Source of the DNA: Squalus acanthias | Taxonomy: Eukaryota | DNA length: 64,000 nucleotides | Direction of reading: 5' to 3' | Assembly (NCBI GenBank): GCA_030390025.1 | Contig: CM059449.1 | Location: 33,294,001 to 33,358,000, forward strand | Shown: positions 37,055-50,426 of the stretch, one piece after another | How positions within the stretch are numbered: position 1 is the first letter of the stretch | Layout: the number at the start of each line of letters is the position of its first letter | Position numbers and translations under genes: made by a program | Notes under the pieces: generated by a model | The model's database searches: none | What the model was told of the DNA's origin: nothing | The model's input: the letters and a program-made list of their open reading frames with translations, nothing else

Positions 37055-38263
37055 GTAAGCCGCTTATCATCAGTTAATGCTCATTTTTAACAGTGCTTCA
37101 CTGTGTCACTGTTCCTGCTGTCGGTGTAATGATATTATTTGTTTGCTTTGATGTGTTTTATTTGAAGACAATAATTACCGGCATCAAAAAAATCACTCAA
37201 AATGGCTTCAAGTTTCTGTCATATTGTTAATGTACCAACCGGAGTGGAAGCTCTTTACTCTGACTATTTAAATTTATCAATTTAGTGAAGAACCCTTGGC
37301 CTTGACAGACAGTCTTGCAGTTCTGTATCTGGTACAAGTATTAGTATCGGATCGAGTAGCCATACCAACAATTCTTAAAAGGATTCACGGGGGCTGCTCA
37401 AGAAAAGGCAAAGGAGTTTTTAAATATATATTTGTGAATCCAGGAGAAATATAAGAGATCCGCCCGCACACACAAAAACACTCTGGCGCAATATTGGCGT
37501 ATTGTCGCCTCACCGGGATTGATTCCCGCCCGTTGCCAGATCAGCGCCGGCGCTGATTGATTCCCCGCGCTTCCCAACCGGGAGCAGCTCCGGGCGCCCT
37601 TCTGGCGCATTCAGCTGGCCAGCAGCGTGTGAACAATGCTGAAAGCCGAGCCACAGGCGCTGAAATTGATCTTCCTCAGCAGCGCGAGACGGAGTTGGAG
37701 CGAATGGGTCGCTCATTTTACACCCAGTCTGATGTCCGTTTACATTGAGGTCAATGGAAAGGGAAATCGGGCGCATTGTAAAGCAGACTGCCTGTGAGCT
37801 ATGAGCTCATTTCAGGCGACTGGCGAAGACCAATTTTACCCCTGAATCTGGCATGTCTTACGTGGAGAACACATTTTGGGTGCAACTCGAATTTTCCGGT
37901 GCATTTATACTATAACTATAGACTATAGTGTAGATTATGGTCTTTACCACCTGAACATTTTGAATTACTTTGGTGGAGCGCAGAGCGGTGCAGATGAAGT
38001 CAATGGAAATGTAATTTGTGCAAAATGGTCCGCCAATTCGCTATCGCCAGTTTTATACCACCATCGAAGACCAATTTACGTCCATGGTCATAATTTTCTG
38101 ACTAGGGACTGGAGCAACGAATTTTACACTGCAACTTACTATGGAAATCCGTGGGTGTATGTGTTGGTGCCAGGCGAGGTCATTGATCGCGGCAACTGCT
38201 CAGTAATTGCCTTTATAGTGAAACCCGAAGCGCTTGATTAATTCTGAAACTGTGCGTTATATT

Positions 38264-38986
38264 GGCCCAAAAATTAGTCCCGCTACGCGAGAGTACGCGC
38301 TGTGTACTCTCGCGTATTCTGTCTCCAATTGCCGGTTTTCTGCATGCACTGCGCATGCGCTGAAAACCGGCACTTGGTGAATGGAAAAGGGGGCGGGTCC
38401 TAGGTGAACCGCGTGCGCGCTACAGGCTGCGCGCACGCTGTGCACTTAGTGGTTTCAACGCGCAGGTAAGTATGGAAGATTCTAGACATAAAAAAAGGAT
38501 GAGTAAGACCCACTTTTAACAAGGTAAGTAGTGAATTAAGTATTATTTTGAATTTTTTTTAACAGGTATATCTTTTTTAGAGACTTTAAAGACAGGTAAG
38601 TTTATTTTTATAACTTTTTAAAAGATTTTAAATTTTTATTTAAAATGGTTAATTTATTTAACTATACTTATTTTATTAATGTGATGGTTTTTTTTAAATT
38701 TAATTGAGGTTTAACGGTTCTTTTGGGGGGCTATAGTATTCATAACTTTCACAGCACTTATGTGAAAGTTATGAATGGAAGATGGTGTGCTGCCATTGGC
38801 TCTAACTGAGTCACGTGATCCCACAGCTCGCACGAATTAACTGCGCCGGTGGGATACGCAAGCCCAGCACAGCAGCTGTCCAGAACATCAAGTTCGTGCG
38901 AACTGGAACTGAAAAAGCCAACGCGGAGTGAGAGATCGCGGGGTGGCCTTACCCTCGCACGAAGGCTTCCTCACGAATTTTTGGGC
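38264..38986 (+). mobile_element. MITE family A copy
   Basis: Collinear with and highly similar to 62637-63378; same terminal sequence. Confidence 0.85.
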
Positions 38987-39777
38987 ATGTATACTTAAAA
39001 AAAATTGAGTCCGTTGGACAATATTGAACTTCAATGTGATACAAGTGTTTACAATGATGGAAGTTTGGAAAAGGATAGATATAAGCTGTGTGTTTCAATA
39101 GTTGAGTGACCAAGAATGAGAGGAGTCATCGATAGAAGATTAAATGTAAGAGATTTAGAGCAAAGTGAAGCAGGAAGTTCTGTACATAATGGTTTGTAAG
39201 GCTGTGGAAATCAGTTGCAGGGTTAGTGTTTGAGGCATAAACAGTGTCAACATTCAAGTCTAAATTGTACAGGTGGATGATGAAATATCACACAATACTC
39301 ATATGGTAGGTGCACAGTCTTAGTCCAGTGACAGACACGAATTGATGTTTAAGAAAACTTGAAGGTGTTTGACGTTTCCTATTAAAAGAGCAGGTACCTA
39401 GTGACACAATTGGATTGTCCGACACCATGAAGGCGATGAGCAAGTTTATTCAACCTAATTATTCTATGTGGTGAACATTTCAAATTTCATGTTACATGTA
39501 GAAAGTTCGCAACTTGAGAGCAAAATATCAGGTCAGGCAGGAACTGTCACTGAAAGGATCAAACATCCGTGGCATAATTTGAAAGAGTCGCCAGTTGAAG
39601 GGAATCGTCAGCAGTTCAACAGATAACTACGCATGTTTCTGACGGAATGAGGAGGATCAGCGACAACCTACATATATGTTTCTGTAATTGATTTTCTTAG
39701 TTTCTGCAAAAAATGTGTGTTTGATCCAATCCTATAACGCCTGTCTTATACTACAGGCAGACGTTACTATTAACCCA

Positions 39778-41713
39778 ATAGCAAAATACTGCGGATGCTG
39801 GAAATCTGAATCAACAACAGAAAAAGCTGGAAGCATTCAGCAGGTCAGGCAGTATAGTGGAGAGAGAAACAGATTTAACTTTTCAGGTCGATGACCCTTC
39901 GTCAGAACTGGAAAAAGAACACGGAACTAATTTTTTTCTCCCCTTGTCCAGTCTCTTCTCACCTACATTTGCGACTCTTCTGACGTCCTCCGCCATTTAA
40001 ACATTTTGCAATTTACTGGCCCCAACCGTCTCCTTTTCAGTATGTACATCCAATCCCTCTACACCTCCATCCCCCACCAGGACGGCCTGAGGGCGCTCCG
40101 CTTCTTCGTTGAATAGAGGCCCAAACAGTCCCCATCCACCACCGCCCTCCTCCGTCTGGTTGAACTTGTTCTCACATAGAACAACTTATCTTTTGACTCC
40201 ACTCAATTCCTCCAAATTAAAGTTGTTGATATGGGACCCGAATGGGCCCTATCTATGCCTGCCCCTTCGTGGGATATGTGGAACATTATTTGTTCCAGTC
40301 CTAATCAGGTCCCCTCGCTCATCTCTTTTTCTGTTACATTGATGACTGTATTGGTGCAGTTTCCTGCTCTCGCCCAGAATTAGAACATTTCATACAGTTT
40401 GCTACCAATTTTCACCCTTCCTTCACCTTCACATAATCCATCTCCGAGTTCCCTGCACTTCATTGACATCTCCGTCTCCATTTCTGGGGATACGCCATCG
40501 AGAAACATCCACTATAAGCCCACTGACACCCACAACTACCTGGACTACACTTCCTCCCACCCCGCTCCCTGTAAGGAGTCCATACCGTTCTCTCAGTGTC
40601 TCTGTCTCCACCGCATCTATTCAGACGATGCCACCTTCCACATTAGTGCCACCGATGTGTCTTCCTTTCTCCTCAACCGAGGGTTACCCCTCTACCGTGG
40701 TTGACATGGCCCTCGACTGCGTCCATTCCATTTCACGCACTTCTGCTCTCATCCCTTCCCCTCCCTTCCAGAACGACGATAGGGTTACCCTCGTCCTCAC
40801 CTTTCACCCCACCAGGCTCCACTTTCAACAGACTATCCACTTTCCCCACCCCTCCCCTTTCAGCATTCCAAAGGGACCGTTCTCTGCGCGACACCCTGGT
40901 CCACTCTTCTATCACCCCCAATACCCCTTCCCCTTACCACTGCAAATTCCCGTGCAAGCGCAGGAGATGCAGAAAATGCCATTTCACCTCCTCCCTTTCC
41001 ACTGTCCAGGGCCCCAAACACTCCATCCAGGTGAAACAGCGATTTACTTGTACTTCTTGCAATTTAGTACACTGTATTCGCTGCTCACGATGCGGTCTCT
41101 AAATTGATCAGAAGAAACGAAGATTGGGTGACCGCTTTGCAGAACGCCTCCATTCAGTTCATACGTGTGACCCTGAGTTTCCGGTCGCCTGTTACTTAAA
41201 ATCTCCACTCCACTCCCACTTTGACCTCTCCGTCCTCGACCTCTTACACTGTTCCAACGAAGCTCAACGTAATCTCGAGGGACAGCACCTCATCTTTCGA
41301 TTAGGCATTTTCTGCTTTCTGTTCTCAACATCGATTTCAACAATTTCAGACTATAACGTCGGCCCCCATGTTTTCTTTTCTCTCTCACATGGCAGCTGCT
41401 GACGATTCTGCCATTGTCATTTACACCTCATCAGAGTCATCTTTTGTTTCTTAACTTGTCCCATTAGCATCTTCTTTTGACTTGCACATCATCCCTTTTG
41501 TCTTTCAATCTCTCCTGCCTTCCACCCTATCACAGACATTTCCTTTTGTTCTTTCCTCCCCTCCTTCCTTTCCCTGCCCCACACTTGCTGAAATATCTGT
41601 TACTGTTTCCAGTCCTGACGAAGGGTCATCGACGTGAAACGTTAACTCTACTTCTCCATCCACTATGCTGCCTGACCTGCTGAATGTTTCCAGCATTTTC
41701 TGTTACTGCTTAA
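39778..41713 (+). mobile_element. Penelope-like element (degenerate RT + GIY-YIG) with inverted 5' pLTR
   Basis: FIDISV...HYKPTDTHNYLDYTSSHP (RT); CKRRRCRKC...FTCTSCNLVHCIRCSRCGL and DRFAERL (GIY-YIG region). 39781-39915 is the reverse complement of ~41607-41704. 10-bp TSD TATTAACCCA at 39768-39777 and 41714-41723. Confidence 0.88.
41612..41645 (+). ncRNA. Minimal hammerhead ribozyme-like motif in the Penelope pLTR
   Basis: CTGACGA (41615-41621), stem GTC-ATC-GAC, GAAAC followed by palindromic AACGTT. An inverted copy lies at ~39875-39910. Confidence 0.55.
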
Positions 41714-41869
41714 TATTAACCCAGTCAGATTTGATCTAATAGAGTATGACATCTAATATAGAAACCAGATTGCAGCTCCCATCGCCTTCGGAGATGTCTG
41801 TGTGTACAGGTGAAGTGAACAACTGATGATAGGTTCGGACGGATGTAATTGCATTTTAGTTCTGTGAAG

Positions 41870-42783
41870 TCATTTAAATAATTTGATTAAATTAGTAAAT
41901 ATAGAAATGGGGCTCGTAATCAGATTCTTCAATTCCTCTCTGAATTTACTCTGGGACACGGCATAAATAATCGTGTTTGTGCATGAACTCAAATTTCCAA
42001 GCATATACCCACACTTTTCCAGAATGGCGAATGAGTTGTGGTAATTTGTTTCCAAAACTTGAACATCTGTAAATTGCACACATAAGTAAAATATGAAAAT
42101 TACCATCCATAAAAGTATAAAATTGCCTGATATGGCGAACAGTAAAATTATGGATCTTCTTCGGTTCTCTATCTCTGTATCGTTGTGATTATCCCCACTT
42201 TTGTTACCTTGGAGTCCTGTCCTCACTCTATTGGCCAGTAGAATGTGCCTGGCGGTCAGGGCATTGAGCAGTAAAATCAAGACAAATGGTGCAAAGGGGA
42301 TTAATATGTTTTCCAACCACAAATATGCTGCCCATAGGGGTGAGGTATAGAAGCTTGATTTCACAGAGCAGTACCATGGTACATTGTCAATTATTTCCCG
42401 AGGTTCAAATAAAAAGTAGAATGGAACATTTTGTAAACCGCTTAAGGAACACACCACTGCTATAACCACAGCCGCAGTCCTTTCGGTGCAATATTTTGTA
42501 CGCAAACTTTGGCAGCAAATAGCAACAAATCGATCAAAGGTGAAAGCCACAGTTAACCAGACAGAGCAATCAATGGAAAAAAAATGCAGGGCGATATCGA
42601 GACTACAAATAGGAGTATAGTTCATGAATGAAAAAGGGAAATAAGCATCTTTAATATGTGAGAGAATTACACCAATTATCATTATCAGGAGATCAGCCAC
42701 TGCCATGGCCACCAGGTAATGGGTGATGCATTTGGAGAGACCGCACTTTCCACGGGAGAGAATCACAATTGTCATCAAATTAG
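41870..42783 (-). CDS. GPR139/GPR142-like class A GPCR, exon 2 (end of TM1 to C-terminus)
   Basis: Acceptor ttttgcag|CT AAT. Open 914 nt encoding ANLMTIVILSRGKCGLS...YLVAMAVADL...SVWLTVAFTFDRFVAIC...RRRSIILLFAIS...NTIIYAVSQSKFREEL. Confidence 0.92.
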
Positions 42784-45379
42784 CTGCAAAAAGGAGGAAA
42801 TGTCATTACTACATCTCCTGATATTGAGAGGAAGATCAGTCGACAGTGCTTTGTCTGAAAATCCATGATCATTTTCTGTCACTCCACAGTGTATCCCTAT
42901 CTTACTCCAACACCATCGGACAAGATTAGCAATTCTGACAGGATACATTGCTATATCGATACACAACACAAAATTATTCTGTGAGTTACTTTAATAAAAC
43001 GAAAATCTGCTGTGAAACTCGCGGGTATATTTCAGCTTTCACAGGGCCGAATCTTGCCTTTCAGACTGGCGCCCGTAATAGCATCTGCCTGATTTTAATT
43101 TCCATTGACTTCATCAGAAAGGAATCTCAGGCTGGGTACAAGGAGGGCGACCGACTTGCTCATCCCTGACACTCCATACACATCGTCGTGGTTAAGTTTC
43201 CAACTGTCTTTCCTTCCTTAAAACCAACATTGCGGATCCACTAGTCGACAATAATAGGCGGCAGAACCGCAACGCCAGTTGTAAGCCAAACGTCATGTTG
43301 AAAATGTCCCCCAACATCTCATCAATTAAAGCCTCCTAAATAATCATGCAATAGAGGATTCACTGTGATAACATGATTCTGACTGCAATATTCCATCGCT
43401 CTGGTTTCTGGAAGCAGGTGAACATTACTCTAAGGGGTTGATCACGTGCTTTTCTCAGGAAATAAAAAAACAAATTACGATTTCTCAGCGATACATTGAT
43501 CATGTGCACAATATAGCAGCAAACATTTCATTCTGGATTGTGCCTTAACTAAGTACCCCTAGAGTCGCACACATCCCAGCAGCCGGTTAAATGGTGGAGT
43601 TACATGGGGTCCGAGCATGGGCGGAGGGAACTTTGGAGATATATCAGAGATGTGTCTGGTAAAACAATAAAATCGCAGTTATTATTAGAAACTTGGCTGC
43701 TGGTATGGATCTGACAGGGCCATTTAGAAATGCATTTGAAATGTAGTTTTTCAATAACGTGGATGGCTATTAATATAAACGGGAGGCTCTGAATAGAAAA
43801 GCTGTTCTTTGCAAACAAGAGCTTGTTCGTATTGGGCGGTAATGCGCATGATATTCACTTTCTTAGACCAATAGAGCCTAATATCGGGAGGGGCATCACA
43901 TACGATACAGAACAAGAATTTCTACACGTAGACAATGGTGGCTGCCTGAGTAACCCCCTTAAATCATTGCTCAGCTATTTATCCCATATGTATTTCAAAC
44001 TGTTTCTTTTAAATCAAGTATAATTATTGATCCCGTTTGACAACATGAAAACTGTTCGTAGGGCTCCACCCTGAGCCGAATAATGTAAAATGCATTAGCT
44101 CTTGTATCAGGTCCAAATCCCTGTTAAGAGTGGATATTTAAGCTTTGGGATAGGTGGCGTTTACAAACATGGAATTGGAAACTCCTGTAACCATAATGAC
44201 AACCCATATAACAACCATATCACAATTTAACGATTCACTGTTGGGGCTTGATGTGCGACACAATATTACTATTGCCTCCAGTTTCTGTGAATAACAGTAT
44301 GTTTTAAATCTATCAACAGATGGATTAAAGTATATTATTGAGTGGAATTAATTATCTCCTAGTTTATGAGACGGGATTAAAGGATCAGTAACAAAGAAAA
44401 TTATTTTCACCATAACCCCCTGGCCGAGAATCTGAAGAACGGGTGTCCTTAAACCCGCCGCCCTTTCATCCCACTGCTGAATCTCTCCTTCAGAGCTGTG
44501 TCTTCAGCGACACTTTTGGGGAGAATTTCTGGGAGGAATCCGCTGATCTCCTGTGGTAAGTTCAAACCTTTAAATCATTCCTCCCGGTTATTCAGGATCT
44601 TCTATCAAAGGTTTGATGGAAAATCGGGAGAAGTCCCGCGACATTTCTATTCCTGACACTCTATTGCTACTATGCAAATAAAACTTGGGGTAGATTGTAG
44701 TCTTAACCGCCTGGGCATTAACCATCGCCTGAATTTTTGTGGGTAGAAATTGGCCTTGGGCCGTAGCCGTAAACGGAATCTATTGCATGGGCCGCCTGTT
44801 ATACGCTTCGCTTTATAATCAGTTCTGTTTAAGTTAATGGAACTGAACATCGGGCGTGGAGCGAGAGGCAGACACGATACAACCGTTCTACCCCTACATG
44901 TAGAAAGGGAAATCTGACGGCTATTATTACGGGTAGTAACAGAATTCACCGGATTTTTTTCCCATTGACAGTGATGGACGTCGATCTGCTGTTCTGTTCG
45001 GGAAGCGATAACATCCGGAGTATTTTCCTTTCCGTGCCTACCTCAGATGAAGCAGGAAGTCCCGGACATAAAGATTACAATCTATCCCATATTTTCTGGA
45101 GAAATCATCAGGTGCAGCAACTTGGCATCAGAATTACAACACCACAGCATTAGTTGGACTCGCTTTAGTATCGCTTGACTGACATCATTTGCGGAGTCAC
45201 AGCAATAATTGGCTCCAGCTGAATGCAGGGCGGGTTTTCGCTCCGAGTGTCAGCCGTTCGTTAGGTTTGCAATTGGTCATAGACTTTCTGTGGGGTTTTG
45301 CACTGGAAGTTCCTGTCAGCCAATAATCAATAAAGCGCAGCGCCCTCTACATGGCCTCTGGGACCTGTGTGAACAGGAC

Positions 45380-47550
45380 GAGCAACCTGAACCAGAGGGG
45401 CACCAATATCCTGGGAGGGAAATTTGCTACGGCTCTTCGGGGGGGTTTAAACTAATTTGTCAGGGGGATGGGAAAAAGGGCTGTAGTCCACGAGCCAGTG
45501 GTGAGTGTCGGGAGGTACTGAGGAGGGTATCAAGGTCGCAGGAATGTACCGGCAGACAGGAAGATGGCTTGAAGTGTGTCTACTTCAATGCAAGGAGCAT
45601 CCGGAATAAGGTAGGAGAACTTGGAGCGTGGATTGGTACTTGGGACTACGATGTGGTGGCCATTACGGAGACATGGTTAGAACAGGGACAGGAATGGTTG
45701 TTGGAAGTTCCGGGGTATAGATGTTTCAGTAAGAGTAGGGAAGTTGGTAAGAAAGGTGGAGGAGTAGCATTGTGAATCAAGGATAGTTTAACAGCGGCAG
45801 AAAGGCAGTTCGAGGGGGATCTGCCGTCTGAGGTAATATGGGCTGAAGTTAGAAATAGGAAAGGAGCGGTCACGTTGTTAGGAGTTTTCTACAGGCCCCC
45901 AAATAGTAATAAAGATGTGGAGGAAGAAATTGCAAAGCAGATTATGAATAGGTGTGGAGGTCACAGAGTAGTTGTCATGGGTGACTTCAACTTTCCAAAT
46001 ATTGATTGGAACCTTTATAGGTCAAACAGTTCGGATGGGATAGTTTTTGCACAGTGTGTGCAGGAGGGTTTCCTGACACAATATGTGGATAGGCCGACAA
46101 GAGGTGGGGCCACGTTGGATTTGGTACTGGGTAATGAACCGGGCCAAGTGTTTGATTTGTATGTGGGAGAGCACTTTGGAGATAGTGACCACAATTCGGT
46201 AACTTTCACTATTGCAATGGAGAGGGATAGGGCCATACGGCAGGGCAGGGTTTATAATTGGGGGAGGGGTAATTATGATGCGATTAGGCAAGAATTAGGG
46301 AGTATAAGATGGGAACAGAAACTATCAGGGAAAGGCACAAACGAAAAGTGGAGCTTTTTCATGGAGCAATTACTGCGTGTCCTTGATAGGTATGTCCCTG
46401 TCAGGCAGGGAGGAAATGGCCGAGTGAGAGAACCATGGTTCACAAAAGAGGTTGAATGTCTAGTCAAGAGGAAAAAGGAAGCGTATGTAAGGATGAGAAA
46501 ACAAGGTTCAGTTGGGTCGATTGAGGGGTACAAGGTAGCAAGGAATGAGCTAAAAAAAGAGCTTAGGAGAGCTAGGAGGGGGCATGAGAAGTCCTTGGCG
46601 GGTCGGATCAAGAAAAACCCCAAGGCTTTTTACTCTTATGTGAGAAATAAAAGAATGACCAGGGTGAGGGTAGGGCCGGTCTAGGACAGTAGTGGGAACT
46701 TGTGCATGGAGTCAGAAGAGATAGGAGAGGTGATGAATGAATACCTTTCGTCAGTGTTCACCGAGGAGAGGGGCCATGTTCTTGAGGATGAGAGTGTGAT
46801 AAAGGTGGATAGGCTGGAGGTGGTAGATGTTCTGAGGGAAGATGTTTTAGCAATTTTGAAGAACCTGAGGGTCGATAAGTCCCCTGGGCCAGATGGGATA
46901 TATCCTAGGATTCTTTGGGAGGCAAGGGAGGAGATTGCAGAGCCTCTGGCTTTGATCTTTGGGTCCTCACTGTCCACGGGGATGGTGCCAGAGGACTGGA
47001 CAGTGGCGAATGTTGTTCCTCTCTTCAAGAAAGGAAATAGGAATGACCCTGGTAATTATAGGCCGGTTAGTCTTACTTCGGTGGTTGGTAAGATCATGGA
47101 AAAGGTCCTGAGGGATAGGATTTAATGACCATTTGGAAAGGGGCAACTTAATCAGGGATAGTCAACACGGATTCGTGAAGGGTAAGTCTTGCCTAACAAA
47201 TTTGATTGAATTCTTTGAGGAGGTCACTAAGTGTGTAGATGAAGGTAGAGCAGTTGATGTCGTATACATGGATTTTAGTAAGGCGTTTGATAAGGTTCCC
47301 CATGGTCGTCTCATGAAGAAAGTAAGGAGTTGTGGGATAGAGGGAAATTTGGCCGATTGGATTAGTAACTGGCTATCTCATAGAAGGCAGAGGGTGGTGG
47401 TGGATGGAACATTTTCGGACTGGAGACCAGTTACCAGCGGTGTGCCACAGGGGTCGGTGCTGGGTCCTCTGCTGTTTGTGATTTTTATCAGTGACTTGGA
47501 GGAGGGGACTGAAGGGTGGATCAGTAAATTTGCTGATGACACCAAGATTG
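45380..47550 (+). mobile_element. CR1 LINE, 5' part (end of ORF1, APE endonuclease, RT up to FADDTKI)
   Basis: [65 protein letters not shown]. Breaks at 47550 and resumes at 50427. Confidence 0.95.
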
Positions 47551-50423
47551 AACATAGAACATAGAACATAGAACAGTACAGCACAGTACAGGCCCTTCGG
47601 CCCTCGATGTTGTGCCGAGCATTGTCCGAGACCGAGATCAAGCTATCACACTCCCTATCACTCTGGTGTGCTCCATGTGCTTATCCAATAACCGATTGAA
47701 AGTTCCTAAAGTGTCCGACTCCACTATCACAGCAGGCAGTCCATTCCACGCCCCAACCACTCTCTGAGTAAAGAATCTACCTCGGACATCCCTTCTATAT
47801 CTCCCCCCATGCACCTTATAGTTATGCCCCCTTGTAACAGCTGCCTCTACCCGAGGAAATAGTCTCTGAACATCCACTCTATCTATCCCCCTCATCAACT
47901 TATAAACCTCTATTAAGTCGCCTCTCATCCTCCTCCGCTCTAAAGAGAAAAGCCCCAACTCCCTCAATCTTTCCTCATAAGACCTCCCCCCCAAACCAGG
48001 CAGCATCCTGGTAAATCTCCTTTGCACTCTTTCCAATGCTTCTACGTCCTTCCTATAGTGAGGTGACCAGAACTGCACACAATATTCCAAATGTGGTCTC
48101 ACCAAGTTCTTGTACAGTTTCAGCATAACCTCACGGTTCTTAAACTCAAACCCTCTGTTAATAAACGCCAACACACCATAGGCCTTCTTTACTGCTCTAT
48201 CCACTTGAGTGGCAACCTTCAGAGATCTGTGGATATGAACCTCCAGATCCCTCTGCTCCTCCACGTTCCTCAGAACCCTGCCGTTGACCCTGTAATCCTT
48301 ATTCAAATTTGCCCTACCAAAATGAATCACCTCGCACTTATCAGGGTTAAATTCCATCTGCCATTTCTCGGCCCAGCTCTGCATCCTATCAATGTCTCTT
48401 TGCAGCCTACAACTGCCCTCCACCTCATCCACTACTCCACCAATCTTGGTGTCATCAGCAAATTTACTGATCCACCCTTCAGTCCCCTCCTCCAAGTCAT
48501 TGATAAATTCACAAACAGCAGAGGACCCAGCACCGACCCCTGTGGCACACCGCTGGTAACTGGTCTCCAGTCCGAAAATGTTCCATCCACCACCACCCTC
48601 TGCCTTCTATGAGATAGCCAGTTACTTATCCAATCGGCCAAATTTCCCTCTATCCCACAACTCCTTACTTTCTTCATGAGACGACCATGGGGAACCTTAT
48701 CAAACGCCTTACTAAAATCCATGTATACGACATCAACTGCTCTACCTTCATCTACACACTTAGTGACCTCCTCAAAGAATTCAATCAAATTTGTTAGGCA
48801 AGACTTACCCTTCACGAATCCGTGTTGACTATCCCTGATTAAGTTGCCCCTTTCCAAATGGTCATTAAATCCTATCCCTCAGGACCTTTTCCATGATCTT
48901 ACCAACCACCGAAGTAAGACTAACCGGCCTATAATTACCAGGGTCATTCCTATTTCCTTTCTTGAAGAGAGGAACAACATTCGCCACTGTCCAGTCCTCT
49001 GGCACCATCCCCGTGGACAGTGAGGACCCAAAGATCAAAGCCAGAGGCTCTGCAATCTCCTCCCTTGCCTCCCAAAGAATCCTAGGATATATCCCATCTG
49101 GCCCAGGGGACTTATCGACCCTCAGGTTCTTCAAAATTGCTAAAACATCTTCCCTCAGAACATCTACCACCTCCAGCCTATCCACCTTTATCACACTCTC
49201 ATCCTCAAGAACATGGCCCCTCTCCTCGGTGAACACTGACGAAAAGTATTCATTCATCACCTCTCCTATCTCTTCTGACTCCATGCACAAGTTCCCACTA
49301 CTGTCCTTGACCGGCCCTACCCTCACCCTGGTCATTCTTTTATTTCTCACATAAGAGTAAAAAGCCTTGGGGTTTTTCTTGATCCGACCCGCCAAGGACT
49401 TCTCATGCCCCCTCCTTGCTCTCCTGAGCTCTTTTTTTAGCTCATTCCTTGCTACCTTGTACCCCTCAATCGACCCAACTGAACCTTGTTTTCTCATCCT
49501 TACATACGCTTCCTTTTTCCTCTTGACTAGACATTCAACCACTTTTGTGAACCATGGTTCTCTCACTCGGCCATTTCCTCCCTGCCTGACAGGGACATAC
49601 CTATCAAGGACACGCAGTAATTGCTCCATGAAAAAGCTCCACTTTTCGTTTGTGCCTTTCCCTGATAGTTTCTGTTCCCATCTTATACTCCCTAATTCTT
49701 GCCTAATCGCATCATAATTACCCCTCCCCCAATTATAAACCCTGCCCTGCCGTATGGCCCTATCCCTCTCCATTGCAATAGTGAAAGTTACCGAATTGTG
49801 GTCACTATCTCCAAAGTGCTCTCCCACATACAAATGAAACACTTGGCCCGGTTCATTACCCAGTACCAAATCCAACGTGGCCCCACCTCTTGTCGGCCTA
49901 TCCACATATTGTGTCAGGAAACCCTCCTGCACACACTGTGCAAAAACTATCCCATCCGAACTGTTTGACCTATAAAGGTTCCAATCAATATTTGGAAAGT
50001 TGAAGTCACCCATGACAACTACTCTGTGACCTCCACACCTATTCATAATCTGCTTTGCAATTTCTTCCTCCACATCTTTATTACTATTTGGGGGCCTGTA
50101 GAAAACTCCTAACAACGTGACCGCTCCTTTCCTATTTCTAACTTCAGCCCATATTACCTCAGACGGCAGATCCCCCTCGAACTGCCTTTCTGCCGCTGTT
50201 AAACTATCCTTGATTAACAATGCTACTCCTCCACCTTTCTTACCAACTTCCCTACTCTTACTGAAACATCTATACCCCGGAACTTCCAACAACCATTCCT
50301 GTCCCTGTTTTAACCATGTCTCCGTAATGGCCACCACATCGTAGTCCCAAGTACCAATCCACGCTCCAAGTTCTCCTACCTTATTCCGGATGCTCCTTGC
50401 ATTGAAGTAGACACACTTCAAGC
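47551..50423 (-). mobile_element. CR1 LINE (whole ORF2 + 3' UTR) inserted antisense into a near-identical CR1
   Basis: (CTATGTT)n-type tail at 47551, 5' truncation at the start of ORF2; roughly 99% identical by eye to the flanking element. Confidence 0.95.
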
Positions 50424-50426
50424 AAG

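Noticed and set aside
47118-47135. TAATG stop-restart signal in CR1 ORF2
   Set aside because: The overlapping ATG is not in the downstream RT frame.
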